A stretch of 64,000 nucleotides of DNA from contig JAWKNW010000002.1 of assembly GCA_041391505.1 (NCBI GenBank), forward strand, positions 166,897 through 230,896, written 5' to 3'. Shown here in pieces: positions 40,341-48,731 of the stretch. The position numbers were made by a program, and so were the translations under genes. The stretch is from Rhodothermales bacterium. Lineage in GTDB: Bacteria; Bacteroidota; Rhodothermia; Rhodothermales; JAHQVL01. Every line of letters begins with the position of its first letter. The stretch's first letter is position 1. The notes under the pieces were generated by a model. That model made no database searches. It saw only the letters and a list, made by a program, of their open reading frames with translations, and was not told where the DNA came from.

Positions 40341-41096
40341 TCAATCCGGATACGTTTTCAGCCGGATGTTGCGGTACTCGACCTTCATCGGCGGGCCGAC
40401 GTGCACCTGGACGGCGATCTGGCCGTCGACCGGCCGGCTCGGGTCGTCGTCGACCACGACGCTCATCACCTGCCCGTTGATCAGGTGGATCATCGTGTTG
40501 CCGCGCACGATCAGGTGGACGGCGTTCCAGCCGTCCGTCACCGCCTTCGCGAGTTCGTCGTTGTCTCCGATCTCCGACACGAGGATCGGCGTGCGCCCAC
40601 CGACCACGTGCGTGAGTTGCCCGCGCAGGGCGAGGAAGAGCCGGCCTTTCTCCTCGTAGTTGTTGCCGGCGTACCGTAGCGGCCCGTCGATGTCGCACTG
40701 GTAGCCGCGCATCGAAAATGCGTTCTCCGGCGTGACGGGGTCCGGAATGACCACGCTTCGGTAGTTGACGCCGCTGTTGCCCCGGTCGGTGATCCTGTAC
40801 TCGAGTTTCAGCTCGAAGTCCTTCGGCTTTCCCCCCTGCCAGATGATGAAGGTGTTGCTCTTGACGAGCGTCTCCGGCGTGATCTCGCCGACGAGGGCGC
40901 CGTTTTCGACGCGCCAGTGGGTGTCGTTGCCTTTCCAGCCGTCGAGGTTCTCGCCGTTGAAGATGGAGACGAAGCCCGGCTCGTCGCCGGCGACGGGCTC
41001 GGGGCGGTCGCTCTGTTTGGGGACGAACGGCTCGGCCTGGCCGTAGGCGGCCATCGCGAAGAAAAGGAGGAACGGATAGGTGAGGAGGCGTTTCAT
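40341..41096 (-). CDS. DUF1080 (3-keto-disaccharide hydrolase-like) secreted protein
   Basis: MKRLLTYPFLLFFAMAAYGQ signal peptide. FNGENLDGWKGNDTHWRVENGALVG...NSGVNYR...GQIAVQVHVGPPMKVEYRNIRLK is the classic DUF1080 pattern. High GC. Confidence 0.75.
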   Translation of the reverse strand: MKRLLTYPFLLFFAMAAYGQAEPFVPKQSDRPEPVAGDEPGFVSIFNGENLDGWKGNDTHWRVENGALVGEITPETLVKSNTFIIWQGGKPKDFELKLEYRITDRGNSGVNYRSVVIPDPVTPENAFSMRGYQCDIDGPLRYAGNNYEEKGRLFLALRGQLTHVVGGRTPILVSEIGDNDELAKAVTDGWNAVHLIVRGNTMIHLINGQVMSVVVDDDPSRPVDGQIAVQVHVGPPMKVEYRNIRLKTYPD

Positions 41097-41297
41097 GGGG
41101 GTCTCCGGGTTACGGCGCTCCACATAACATACAGCAGCGGACCCGCAATGCAACGCCTGGGGTGGAATGAAGCGGGCACCGATACCCGCCGGCATGGTGT
41201 TCATCTACCCAATCCTGCTGTACCTTCAGGGCCTCACCGTGGATAAAGAGTCATCTTTATGCCTGCTTCCGGAAACCCTCAAATGCAAAACCGCCGC

Positions 41298-41960
41298 ATG
41301 ACCGAACTCCACTGCAAGGGCATCATCTTCGACCTGGACGGCGTGCTGATCGACTCCGACATCGTGTCCAACCGGCACTGGAAGCGCTGGGCCGAGCTGA
41401 ACCAGGTTTCGTTCGAGCACATCGCGGCCATTCACCACGGCCTGCCCCCCGTCCGCACCGTCGCCGCCGTGGCGCCGCATCTCGACGCGGCCGCCGAGTC
41501 GAAAGTATTCGAGGAATGGGCAGCCACCGACATGGAGGACCTGAAGGTCTACGACGGAGCGCGCGCGCTGCTCGCCGGCCTGCCGGCAGGTCGCTGGGGC
41601 ATCGCCACCAGTTCCTTCAGGGGGCTGACCCTTTCCCGACTCCAGTTTCTCGGTCTGCCGGTACCCGACGCGCTCGTGACGGTCGACGATGTAAAAAACG
41701 GCAAACCGAGTCCTGACCCCTACCTCCTCGCCGCCGAGAAGCTCGGCCTTCCCCCTGCGCAATGCCTCGTCATCGAGGACGCGCCGGCAGGGATCCGGGC
41801 GGCGAAGACGGCGGGGGCGCGGGTGATCGCCGTGGCTTCGACCAATGAAGTGCCGGCGCTGCACGAGGCGGATTTTGTGGTGGGGGACTTGCGCGACGTT
41901 GCAGCAAGGGAAACAGCTCGCGGGATTGAAGTTTTGTTGTCAGCGTTGCTAGCGACATAG
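41298..41960 (+). CDS. HAD-superfamily hydrolase (beta-phosphoglucomutase/sugar phosphatase-like)
   Basis: GIIFDLDGVLIDS (DxDG motif I), ATSS, GKPSPDPYL, VIEDAPAGIRAAKTAGARVIAV. The start at 41298 (MTELHC) is preferred, but 41259 is possible. Confidence 0.75.
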   Translation: MTELHCKGIIFDLDGVLIDSDIVSNRHWKRWAELNQVSFEHIAAIHHGLPPVRTVAAVAPHLDAAAESKVFEEWAATDMEDLKVYDGARALLAGLPAGRWGIATSSFRGLTLSRLQFLGLPVPDALVTVDDVKNGKPSPDPYLLAAEKLGLPPAQCLVIEDAPAGIRAAKTAGARVIAVASTNEVPALHEADFVVGDLRDVAARETARGIEVLLSALLAT

Positions 41961-41973
41961 TGTCATCAACTGC

Positions 41974-42003
41974 CGAATACTGGACTGATATGTCCAGTAT
42001 TCG
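41974..42003 (+). terminator. perfect 12-bp-stem hairpin 14 nt after the HAD stop
   Basis: cgaatactggac, tgatat, gtccagtattcg. It lies exactly at the high-GC to low-GC transition. Confidence 0.4.
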
Positions 42004-42500
42004 AATACCGTTACAATACGACGATCCGAATTTCCAATTTCGTAAAGTTAACAGTGCTGGCCCTTGTCAGCTTATCATCTGAACGACGACATCATAGGCA
42101 CCTGATACGGGGTGCAGAGCAGCATCTCCCCGTAGTCACAAAAGGCTCTAAGGATTCAAGAGATGGGATAGTCACGAAGCGGTTGCTCTACTTTGGGTTA
42201 AGTGGGCACCGTTCAGCCTGACCCTTTCAGTAGTAGTGCATCATGATTTGACGCGCGGTCAAATCACATTTTGCTTTATCCAGAGCGGGATGTTTTCGCG
42301 CACCCCTATCTATGCGACACTGAATAATCCGCAACAACACCATGCACAATGCAATAGACGTCCATTGATAGATTCGAGCAATCATTGTTGACTTCGATCA
42401 TTTGCAAGATCTTGGACAACAATAGCTCATGCGTTCAAAATCCGCATTTATGATTAGTACCGAATGTAGACCGGAATTCTTAAAAGAATAATGAGGCTAT

Positions 42501-43556
42501 ATGCTACAGGCGATACCAGAACACGTTGAACTCCTCAACAGAGGGCCCGAGGCATGGAATGGCTGGAGACAAAATAATCAGACACAACCAGATCTACGTT
42601 TTACTGATTTGTCTGGACGAGATTTATCCGGATACAATCTTGAAAATGTATATCTCGAAGGCTGCAATCTAACCGAAGCAAGACTTGTTTCCCAGAACCT
42701 ACATCAGTCCCAGTTTCAATCAGCCCAACTTCTTCGGACGGACTTCACCGGCTCAGATCTTTCATATGCAGAGTTCTCACGCGCCTATCTCCATGGAGCC
42801 AAATTGGCTTCATGCAATCTAAATAATGCAGATCTCGAGGGGGCAATATTCTTGTTCAGCGATCTACGAGAATCACATCTTGACAAAGCCAGATTCGGCG
42901 ATACTATCTTATTCTCAAGTGACCTGTCCGGATGCAAAAGTCTCGACTCCATTATCCACTATTCGCCTAGCTCAGTCGACCACGGTACACTAAGTCTCTC
43001 TGGAGCACTGCCGCTGGCCTTTCTCAGAGGCGTGGGATTCCCGGACAATTACATTGATTATATCCCTGCATTATTCCATAACGCAATCCAGTTCTACTCG
43101 TGTTTCATCAGCCACTCAACAGAAGATCACGAGTTCGCGCGAAGACTTTATGCGGACTTACAAGACCAAGGCGTTAGATGCTATTATGCCCCCGTGGACA
43201 TGAAAGGCGGCAAGAAAACTCATGAGCAGATTGACCAAGGCATCAAGATGCACGACAAACTGGTATTAATCCTGAGTCCAGCGAGTATCACAAGCAAGTG
43301 GGTCGAAAGAGAAATACGCCGAGCGAGGCATCAGGAGGAGGAAGACGGAAAGAGACGACTTTTCCCTATTAGCTTAGTGCCATATAAAATGTTAAAAAAC
43401 TGGAAGCTCTTCGACTCTGACCTTGTCTTAGATCTCGCAGCCGAAATTCGCGAATATTACATACCTGATTTCACCGAATGGAAGTCACATGATAAGTACC
43501 ACAATGAATTCCAAAAACTGCTCAGGGACTTAAGACCTGATGAGGAGTCGATTTAA
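42501..43556 (+). CDS. pentapeptide-repeat protein with C-terminal TIR domain
   Basis: N-terminus VELLNRGPEAWNGWRQ followed by pentapeptide units (DLSGRDLSGYNLENVYLEGCNLTEARL...). The C-terminus is FYSCFISHSTEDHEFARRLYADLQDQGVRCYYAPVDMKGGKKTHEQI...LVLILSPASITSKWVEREI, a TIR_2-type core that includes the W..E putative catalytic Glu. Low GC. Confidence 0.85.
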   Translation: MLQAIPEHVELLNRGPEAWNGWRQNNQTQPDLRFTDLSGRDLSGYNLENVYLEGCNLTEARLVSQNLHQSQFQSAQLLRTDFTGSDLSYAEFSRAYLHGAKLASCNLNNADLEGAIFLFSDLRESHLDKARFGDTILFSSDLSGCKSLDSIIHYSPSSVDHGTLSLSGALPLAFLRGVGFPDNYIDYIPALFHNAIQFYSCFISHSTEDHEFARRLYADLQDQGVRCYYAPVDMKGGKKTHEQIDQGIKMHDKLVLILSPASITSKWVEREIRRARHQEEEDGKRRLFPISLVPYKMLKNWKLFDSDLVLDLAAEIREYYIPDFTEWKSHDKYHNEFQKLLRDLRPDEESI

Positions 43557-43750
43557 AATAAAGACTACACAAAGGGCATAAAATCACATCAAATTCAGTG
43601 TAGTCTAACTTCAATCGATATCACTCGCTCACACTTCCCGTGCACATGCACAGAAATTGCATTGCTCTTCGACGCATCCCATAAATGACTTACCACGCTA
43701 GGCATATTGGTAGGACCTTGGCATTTCCGGCGAGATGGGTGCACGCAAAC

Positions 43751-43790
43751 GCAAAAAAAACCCGAAGGGTCTTTGAGACCCTTCGGGTTT
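43751..43790 (-). terminator. strong rho-independent terminator (minus-strand orientation), inferred original tRNA-Lys terminator
   Basis: aaacccgaagggtc, tttga, gacccttcgggttt (43758-43790), with 8 A upstream on the plus strand (8 U on the minus strand). It lies directly downstream (in the minus sense) of the 14-nt tRNA 3-prime fragment at 43799-43812. Confidence 0.7.
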
Positions 43791-43798
43791 GAAATGCA

Positions 43799-43812
43799 GT
43801 GCCTCCGCAAGG
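43799..43812. repeat. attL-side direct repeat (copy of the tRNA-Lys 3-prime segment)
   Basis: gtgcctccgcaagg is identical to, and in the same orientation as, 59773-59786 inside tRNA-Lys. Flanking bases are partly similar (cag upstream, ct downstream). Confidence 0.6.
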
Positions 43813-44048
43813 GCTTACCCTGATTTACGCACGTCTGCGCCACTCCACACCTGTCCCGCTGAAACCCTTCGAAATCAAGGGCTTGCGGCAACACATCGCC
43901 TCACAGGATCAAATTTCGAAGGTCAATTCCCCGTAGGCTGCGCTCACATTACAGCCTACATTCTTCCACGCAAATATTTTTGGGAACATCCATTTGTTCG
44001 ACAAGGGAACAAGAAACCAATCCTTATAGAACCGCAGCCTTTGAACTT

Positions 44049-45047
44049 ATGTCGAGATTAACTGCAGAGTACTCAATTGACATCCCCAGTCCCTGCCTGA
44101 TACAGTGGCCGATAGATGAGACGCCTACGATTGACGCAACGATAGACGGCTTCTCTGTACGAATTGTACTGCAACCCGTAAAAGACTGGCGATTGACACA
44201 CAAGGAAGAGAACTACTATGTCACTAGCATTGACTCCCTTGAAATATTCGTTTCGCGCGAAGAAAACGAATCACCACCTCCTTCACGATTGAATGCAAAG
44301 GGAGGAACTGATTTTTCAGACCAATACCCTTTTATCAATGAACGTGCGACTCCTTATCGTGACATCGCTGTAAAGGCTGCCAATCGCCTGTTGAATTTCT
44401 ACAAATATCATCTCCATGCCCCATTGATAGAGCCTATTCCGGAGGGACACAATGGCTTTGCAAACCCTAGATGGTTCATCGATGATGACGAACAGATAGC
44501 TGGTAATAAGGTAACCTTCACAGTCGAATATGTAGCAGGGTTACATGGAGAGTTGAGAACGTATAAATTCAGGCCTGCAGATGAGTCTATTCTTCAGAAG
44601 TACCTGACCAATGTGCCGGACCATAGTCTAGCAGATGAGCTCTTGGCCGATGCGAAATCTGCATGGTTCGAGCACAATTATCGGAGAGCCGTGCTCGAAC
44701 TTGCCATTTGCGTGGAAGTCATGGTGAAGCGGAAATATTTTGAGAAGGCCTCACCAGCGGGAGCAGCATTTGATTACCTAGAGGACAAATCACAGATCAG
44801 AGTGCGTGTGTTGGATCTCATTGATAAAATAGCTTCTGAAGCTTTCAATCGCAGTTTCAAGAATGAGCACAAGAATGAATACAATCATATAGATGAGTTA
44901 TTCAGATGTCGCAACAAGATCGCTCATAGAGGAGAGTTGAAGTTTCGAAATGAAGCTGGTCAAACCGTTGAGGCCGATTCCGACATGGTGGCTCTTTGGT
45001 GGGAAGCTGCCTATTGCTTGAAGGACTGGCTCCATGAGTTATCCTAG
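44049..45047 (+). CDS. HEPN-domain protein (Rx4H), putative RNase; N-terminal ~200 aa unknown
   Basis: The C-terminal helical region reads LADELLADAKSAWFEHNYRRAVLELAICVEVMVKR...IDELFRCRNKIAHRGEL, where RNKIAH fits the HEPN Rx4-6H motif. The ATG at 44049 is preferred. Low GC. Confidence 0.55.
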   Translation: MSRLTAEYSIDIPSPCLIQWPIDETPTIDATIDGFSVRIVLQPVKDWRLTHKEENYYVTSIDSLEIFVSREENESPPPSRLNAKGGTDFSDQYPFINERATPYRDIAVKAANRLLNFYKYHLHAPLIEPIPEGHNGFANPRWFIDDDEQIAGNKVTFTVEYVAGLHGELRTYKFRPADESILQKYLTNVPDHSLADELLADAKSAWFEHNYRRAVLELAICVEVMVKRKYFEKASPAGAAFDYLEDKSQIRVRVLDLIDKIASEAFNRSFKNEHKNEYNHIDELFRCRNKIAHRGELKFRNEAGQTVEADSDMVALWWEAAYCLKDWLHELS

Positions 45048-45263
45048 CATTAAACTGGAGCATGTGGAGGCCATGCATCCGGGGAGGGGGGTACAAATCT
45101 CCAGCACTACCAGCCTCGGGACCGGCGGAGGCAGTCAAATTTTTACGCCGTCAGGTTTCCAGAATCGGTTTTCGCGGCCCAGGGCTCCCCCGTGAATCGC
45201 CGTTTTTCGTGCGGCCAGACGCGATCCACGCGATCCGGGGCCGATTCAAAACCACATTTTTTC

Positions 45264-45938
45264 ATGCCAAAACACCCCAAAAACTATATGAAAAAGCAGC
45301 AACTTTCGACCCTCATCCTGGACGTTCGCGAGCATCCGGCCGTCAAAACGGTGATCGATCGCCTGCGCCGGCTGAAGCAGGACATCCAGCGCCTCAACGA
45401 GATGGTGACCGAACGCCAGGCCCGGGCCACCGAGGCCCGCAAGACCCTGGGGCGCCTCGAGCTCGACGCGGCCATGGGGCGCGACGTCGACGCGGCGGCC
45501 CGCCAAGCGGCCATCCGCGACCTGCAGGCGGCCGAGGCCGACCTCGACGTGGTCACCGAGGAGGCCCAGCGCCGGGGCGGCATCTCGGTCGACGTCGCTG
45601 CCGAGATCGGGCCGGCGATCGAGGAGGCCGGCCGGGAGGCCACCGAGCTCCTGGATCCGGTGCTCCGCGCTCTGACCCAGCAGTACACCGACGGCCTGGC
45701 AATGATGGCATCAGCGGGGCGCGATCTCCACGAGATCTACGGCGCGCTCAGTCACAGCATGCAGGCGACCCATCGGAAGTACGGGGTGCACCAGAACATC
45801 CGCACCCCGCACGACACGCCCGTGCTCGCGATTGGCACCCTCGGCTACGAGGGCGTGTTGCAAGTGATGGAGAATCACCTCCGGACGCTGCGCGCGATGG
45901 GGTACACGGCCACCCAGACGGAGGAGAGCCATGTCTGA
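45264..45938 (+). CDS. hypothetical phage-like protein (coiled-coil N-terminus; possible scaffold-like)
   Basis: 224 aa, high GC. The stop overlaps the start of the prohead protease gene (45931). No family recognised. Confidence 0.5.
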   Translation: MPKHPKNYMKKQQLSTLILDVREHPAVKTVIDRLRRLKQDIQRLNEMVTERQARATEARKTLGRLELDAAMGRDVDAAARQAAIRDLQAAEADLDVVTEEAQRRGGISVDVAAEIGPAIEEAGREATELLDPVLRALTQQYTDGLAMMASAGRDLHEIYGALSHSMQATHRKYGVHQNIRTPHDTPVLAIGTLGYEGVLQVMENHLRTLRAMGYTATQTEESHV

Positions 45939-46605
45939 GAAAGACCTCGAACGGCGCTATTATACCGTCCAACTCCGGGGCGGCCGTGGCCAGAAGACGA
46001 TCACTGGCTATGCGGCCGTGTTCAACGAGCGGAGCCAGGACCTGGGCGGCTTCATGGAGGTGATCCGCCCGGGCGCCTTCCGCCAGGCGATCCTGACGTC
46101 CGACGTCCGCGCGTTGTGGAATCACGACCAGAAGCTGGTCCTGGGGCGCACGAAGGCGGGCACCCTGAAGCTGGCCGAGGACGATCGCGGTCTCCGCATC
46201 GAGCTCGTGCCGCCGGAGAGCCCGATCGGCCAGAACGCGGTCGAGGCCATCGGCCGGGGCGATGTCGATCAGATGTCCTTCGCGTTCTCGGTGGGTAAGG
46301 ATGCCTGGACGAGCCTCGAGGACGGCCGCCAGCTGCGCGAGATCCTGAGCATCAAGCAGCTCTTCGACGTCTCGCCGGTCACGTTTCCCGCATACGCCCA
46401 GACCGACGTCTCCGTCTCTGTACGCAACTTGATGCGGCGCATCCAGACCGATCCCGCGTACGCGGAGCGACTGCGGCGCCTCGAGGCGGCGGAGCGCGGC
46501 AGCGCCTGGGACGGAGCGCCGCGCCGGCCGGCGATGTCGGACGCGCAGAAGATAGCGCAGATGCGGCGCCGGCTCGCCCTGGCCGAGCGCGGCATCGACC
46601 TTTGA
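45931..46605 (+). CDS. HK97-family phage prohead protease
   Basis: ITGYAAVFNERSQDLGGFMEVIRPGAFRQAI....VRALWNHDQKLVLGRT..GTLKL.EDDRGL...GDVDQMSFAF...DVSPVTFPAY, the Peptidase_S78/U35 pattern. Confidence 0.8.
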   Translation: MSEKDLERRYYTVQLRGGRGQKTITGYAAVFNERSQDLGGFMEVIRPGAFRQAILTSDVRALWNHDQKLVLGRTKAGTLKLAEDDRGLRIELVPPESPIGQNAVEAIGRGDVDQMSFAFSVGKDAWTSLEDGRQLREILSIKQLFDVSPVTFPAYAQTDVSVSVRNLMRRIQTDPAYAERLRRLEAAERGSAWDGAPRRPAMSDAQKIAQMRRRLALAERGIDL

Positions 46606-47114
46606 CGGAGACAACCATGGGAAGACGAGGCCCGGCGCCGAAGCCGACGAAACTCAAACTTCTGCAGGGGACGTACCGGAAGGACCGCGCGAACACGAAC
46701 GAGCCGGAGCCCGAGGCGGCCGTGCCCAAGTGCCCCTCCTTTCTCAAGGGCGAGGCGCGCCGGGAATGGCGCCGGATCGTGCCCGAGCTGCAGGAGATGG
46801 GTCTACTCTCCCGGATCGATCGCGCGGCGCTGTGCGGCTATTGCGCGAGTTGGGAGACCCTGGTGGAATCAGACAAGGTGATCAGCGCCGAGGGCAGGAC
46901 GATCGTGAACGCGAAGGGCCAACTTGTTGCGCACCCGGAGATGGCCATCCGGAGCCGAGCGATGGACCAACTGCGCGGCTACATGGTCGAGTTCGGGATG
47001 ACGCCGGCGAGCCGGGCGCGGATCCACGTGCCGGAAAAGGGCAATCTCGCGAATCCGTTCGCCGACATCCTGAAGGACGCGGACGAGAAGGGTCCGGGGC
47101 CGGAGGCGCGATGA
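46602..47114 (+). CDS. phage terminase small subunit, P27 family
   Basis: GRRGPAPKPTKLKLLQGTYRKDR...P.FL...AR.EW.RIVPEL..MGLLSRIDRAAL..YC..W.......I...G........G....P......R....QLR.Y..EFGMTPASR matches the P27 TerS family. Confidence 0.8.
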   Translation: MTETTMGRRGPAPKPTKLKLLQGTYRKDRANTNEPEPEAAVPKCPSFLKGEARREWRRIVPELQEMGLLSRIDRAALCGYCASWETLVESDKVISAEGRTIVNAKGQLVAHPEMAIRSRAMDQLRGYMVEFGMTPASRARIHVPEKGNLANPFADILKDADEKGPGPEAR

Positions 47115-47584
47115 TTTACAGGTTCGGGGCGCCGGAGGCGGTCTACCGCGCGGTGGAGGACATGGCCTGGTGGGTGACGCTCGATCTGGGGCTGAGAGAG
47201 GCGGGCGATCCGCTCCCGATTCCGATTGCGTTCTGGAAGCGGGAGCGGATCGCCGACGTCGTGCGGAGGCAAGGGGGACAAGGCAAGGGAACGATCGGGC
47301 TCTACTGGCCCGACGAGGACCGGATAACGATCTGCGACGACCTCACCCCACGGGAGGCGGCCACGGTCACGGCGCACGAGCTGCGGCATGCCTGGCAGTA
47401 TCGGCACTGGAACGCGGTGTCGATCGCGGAGACGAGCGCGATCGAGCGCGACGCGCGGGCCTACGAGAGGCAGGCTGTGGGGCGATTCTACCAGGCGGAG
47501 CACCGCGAGAAGCCGGCTACAATCTGGTCGAGAGTGTGCGATTGGATGGTGGCGGCCCCTCAGATAGTCAACCTAATCCCCTAA
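47111..47584 (+). CDS. HExxH-motif protein (putative zinc metallopeptidase), coupled to terS
   Basis: 157 aa. TAHELRHAWQY contains HExxH. The ATG at 47111 overlaps the terS stop (ATGA). Confidence 0.5.
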   Translation: MIYRFGAPEAVYRAVEDMAWWVTLDLGLREAGDPLPIPIAFWKRERIADVVRRQGGQGKGTIGLYWPDEDRITICDDLTPREAATVTAHELRHAWQYRHWNAVSIAETSAIERDARAYERQAVGRFYQAEHREKPATIWSRVCDWMVAAPQIVNLIP

Positions 47585-48245
47585 CCATGGTCGAAGATAG
47601 CGGACAAAGGACTACAAGCAGCTTAATCACCTCCCGCAATAGCACGCCACAACTCTCCCCGTACCTCACTGCATCGATTAGAACTGCTGCAGCAAGTTGA
47701 AAAAGAGTTAGATGGAACATGATCATCATCCATGTCGCTTTTCGAGGTCGCTCATTCTTGAGTGCTTCGAAGTATTCATGCCTGAAATCAGCCAGGGCCG
47801 GGTCGAAGGCAAGCACGCGTGTTTTTTCGGGGAGTAGAAAATTTGCTATGCGCCATGCCAACTGACCAGGGGGCTTATGCAGGCGTTTCGGCTCCGTGGT
47901 CGATGGTTGCCCACTAGCCGAGATGCGGAACGATGCGGCATAGTGATCTAGAGAATAGAGGAAGAAAGCCTTAAACCCCTGGGACCGCTCAGGAAGGTTA
48001 TCCTTTTCGAGCTCATGAGCCAGTTCCGCGCGCATCTCAACCAAGCCCGTGAGTACAGGCCTGATAGGATCAAACTCTTCAAGGGTCATTTTCCCGCTGC
48101 TGTAGAGGGCGTATGCATCAAATGCACACACAAGAGCTCTTGATACGAACTCATCATCGTTGTCGATGCATGACAGCGAAGGGTCCTGATTAGTGAGTGA
48201 GCCGATTTCGGCAATCAGTTCTTCCTTTGAGGGCAGTGTCTTCAT
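47568..48245 (-). CDS. hypothetical 225-aa protein with C-terminal TM segment(s), PadR-coupled
   Basis: The ATG at 48245 overlaps the PadR stop (ATGA). The segment LLPEKTRVLAFDPALADFRHEYFEA followed by the hydrophobic WMMIMFHLTLFQLAAAVLI resembles the prefix domain often encoded after PadR genes. Low GC. Confidence 0.5.
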   Translation of the reverse strand: MKTLPSKEELIAEIGSLTNQDPSLSCIDNDDEFVSRALVCAFDAYALYSSGKMTLEEFDPIRPVLTGLVEMRAELAHELEKDNLPERSQGFKAFFLYSLDHYAASFRISASGQPSTTEPKRLHKPPGQLAWRIANFLLPEKTRVLAFDPALADFRHEYFEALKNERPRKATWMMIMFHLTLFQLAAAVLIDAVRYGESCGVLLREVIKLLVVLCPLSSTMVRGLG

Positions 48246-48544
48246 AGTCCGGCAAAGTGAGCGTTCAGCGCCTGAAGTGATGCCATCCAGTGAGTTAAAA
48301 CGCGTGAACCGTCGGCAGTCAGCTGGTAAAGACGTCGTGCTGGACCCATCTCTCCTGGTTTCGATTCAGCCAACCAAGAACGGACAAACCCTTTTTTCTC
48401 AAGACGACTCAATGTGACATAGATAGTACCACGCTTTAGATGTCCCCCAGAATCATCGACAAGTTCCAGACCGTAAGCTTTCTGCTTTGTCGTAAGTAGC
48501 TGAAGGATGATAGCCTCTTTAGGGCTGAGTGAATGTGATTTCAT
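48242..48544 (-). CDS. PadR-family transcriptional regulator
   Basis: MKSHSLSPKEAIILQLLTTKQKAYGLELVDDSGGHLKRGTIYVTLSRLEKKGFVRSW......GPARRLYQLTADG, the winged-helix PadR pattern. The ATG at 48544 is preferred. Confidence 0.8.
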   Translation of the reverse strand: MKSHSLSPKEAIILQLLTTKQKAYGLELVDDSGGHLKRGTIYVTLSRLEKKGFVRSWLAESKPGEMGPARRLYQLTADGSRVLTHWMASLQALNAHFAGL

Positions 48545-48731
48545 GGCGGCGTTGACTCGTTTCGGGATAAGGGTAATATATCTTATTTTGTAAGACATGT
48601 CAAGAGGCAATAGTCCTCCAACACTGACACGCTGAAAAAATGCCCGTCGGGCGGGCTAACGTCAAAGGCGCATCTGGTGTATCTTGGTGATAAGTACCTC
48701 AACAGGGTGAATTACAATTGCCGAGCGAACA

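Noticed and set aside
38750-43800. Treating 38.75-43.8 kb as part of the same tRNA-Lys element
   Set aside because: The direct repeat delimits 43.8-59.8 kb only. Two high-GC core-like genes (DUF1080, HAD) interrupt the low-GC stretches, and I found no further copy of the att sequence. More likely these are separate small insertions or remnants of older events.
43595-43894. 99-aa minus-strand ORF and 43789-44061 plus-strand ORF
   Set aside because: They span the terminator and att repeat, have no start context and show no family features.
43791-43980. Minus-strand sRNA ending at the 43751-43790 terminator
   Set aside because: The terminator is better explained as the displaced tRNA-Lys terminator, because it directly follows a 14-nt copy of the tRNA 3-prime end. 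The inverted repeats in 43866-43959 are more simply att-arm or promoter elements. A transcript cannot be excluded.
42501-45047. The TIR protein and the HEPN protein as a two-gene TIR-HEPN operon
   Set aside because: The attL repeat and a strong terminator (43751-43812) lie between them. So the two genes belong to different insertion events and different transcription units. They are reported separately.
45062-46063. 333-aa plus-strand ORF overlapping the 45264 and 45931 genes
   Set aside because: Its product is Arg/Gly/Pro-rich and out of frame with the prohead protease, which has a clear family signature.
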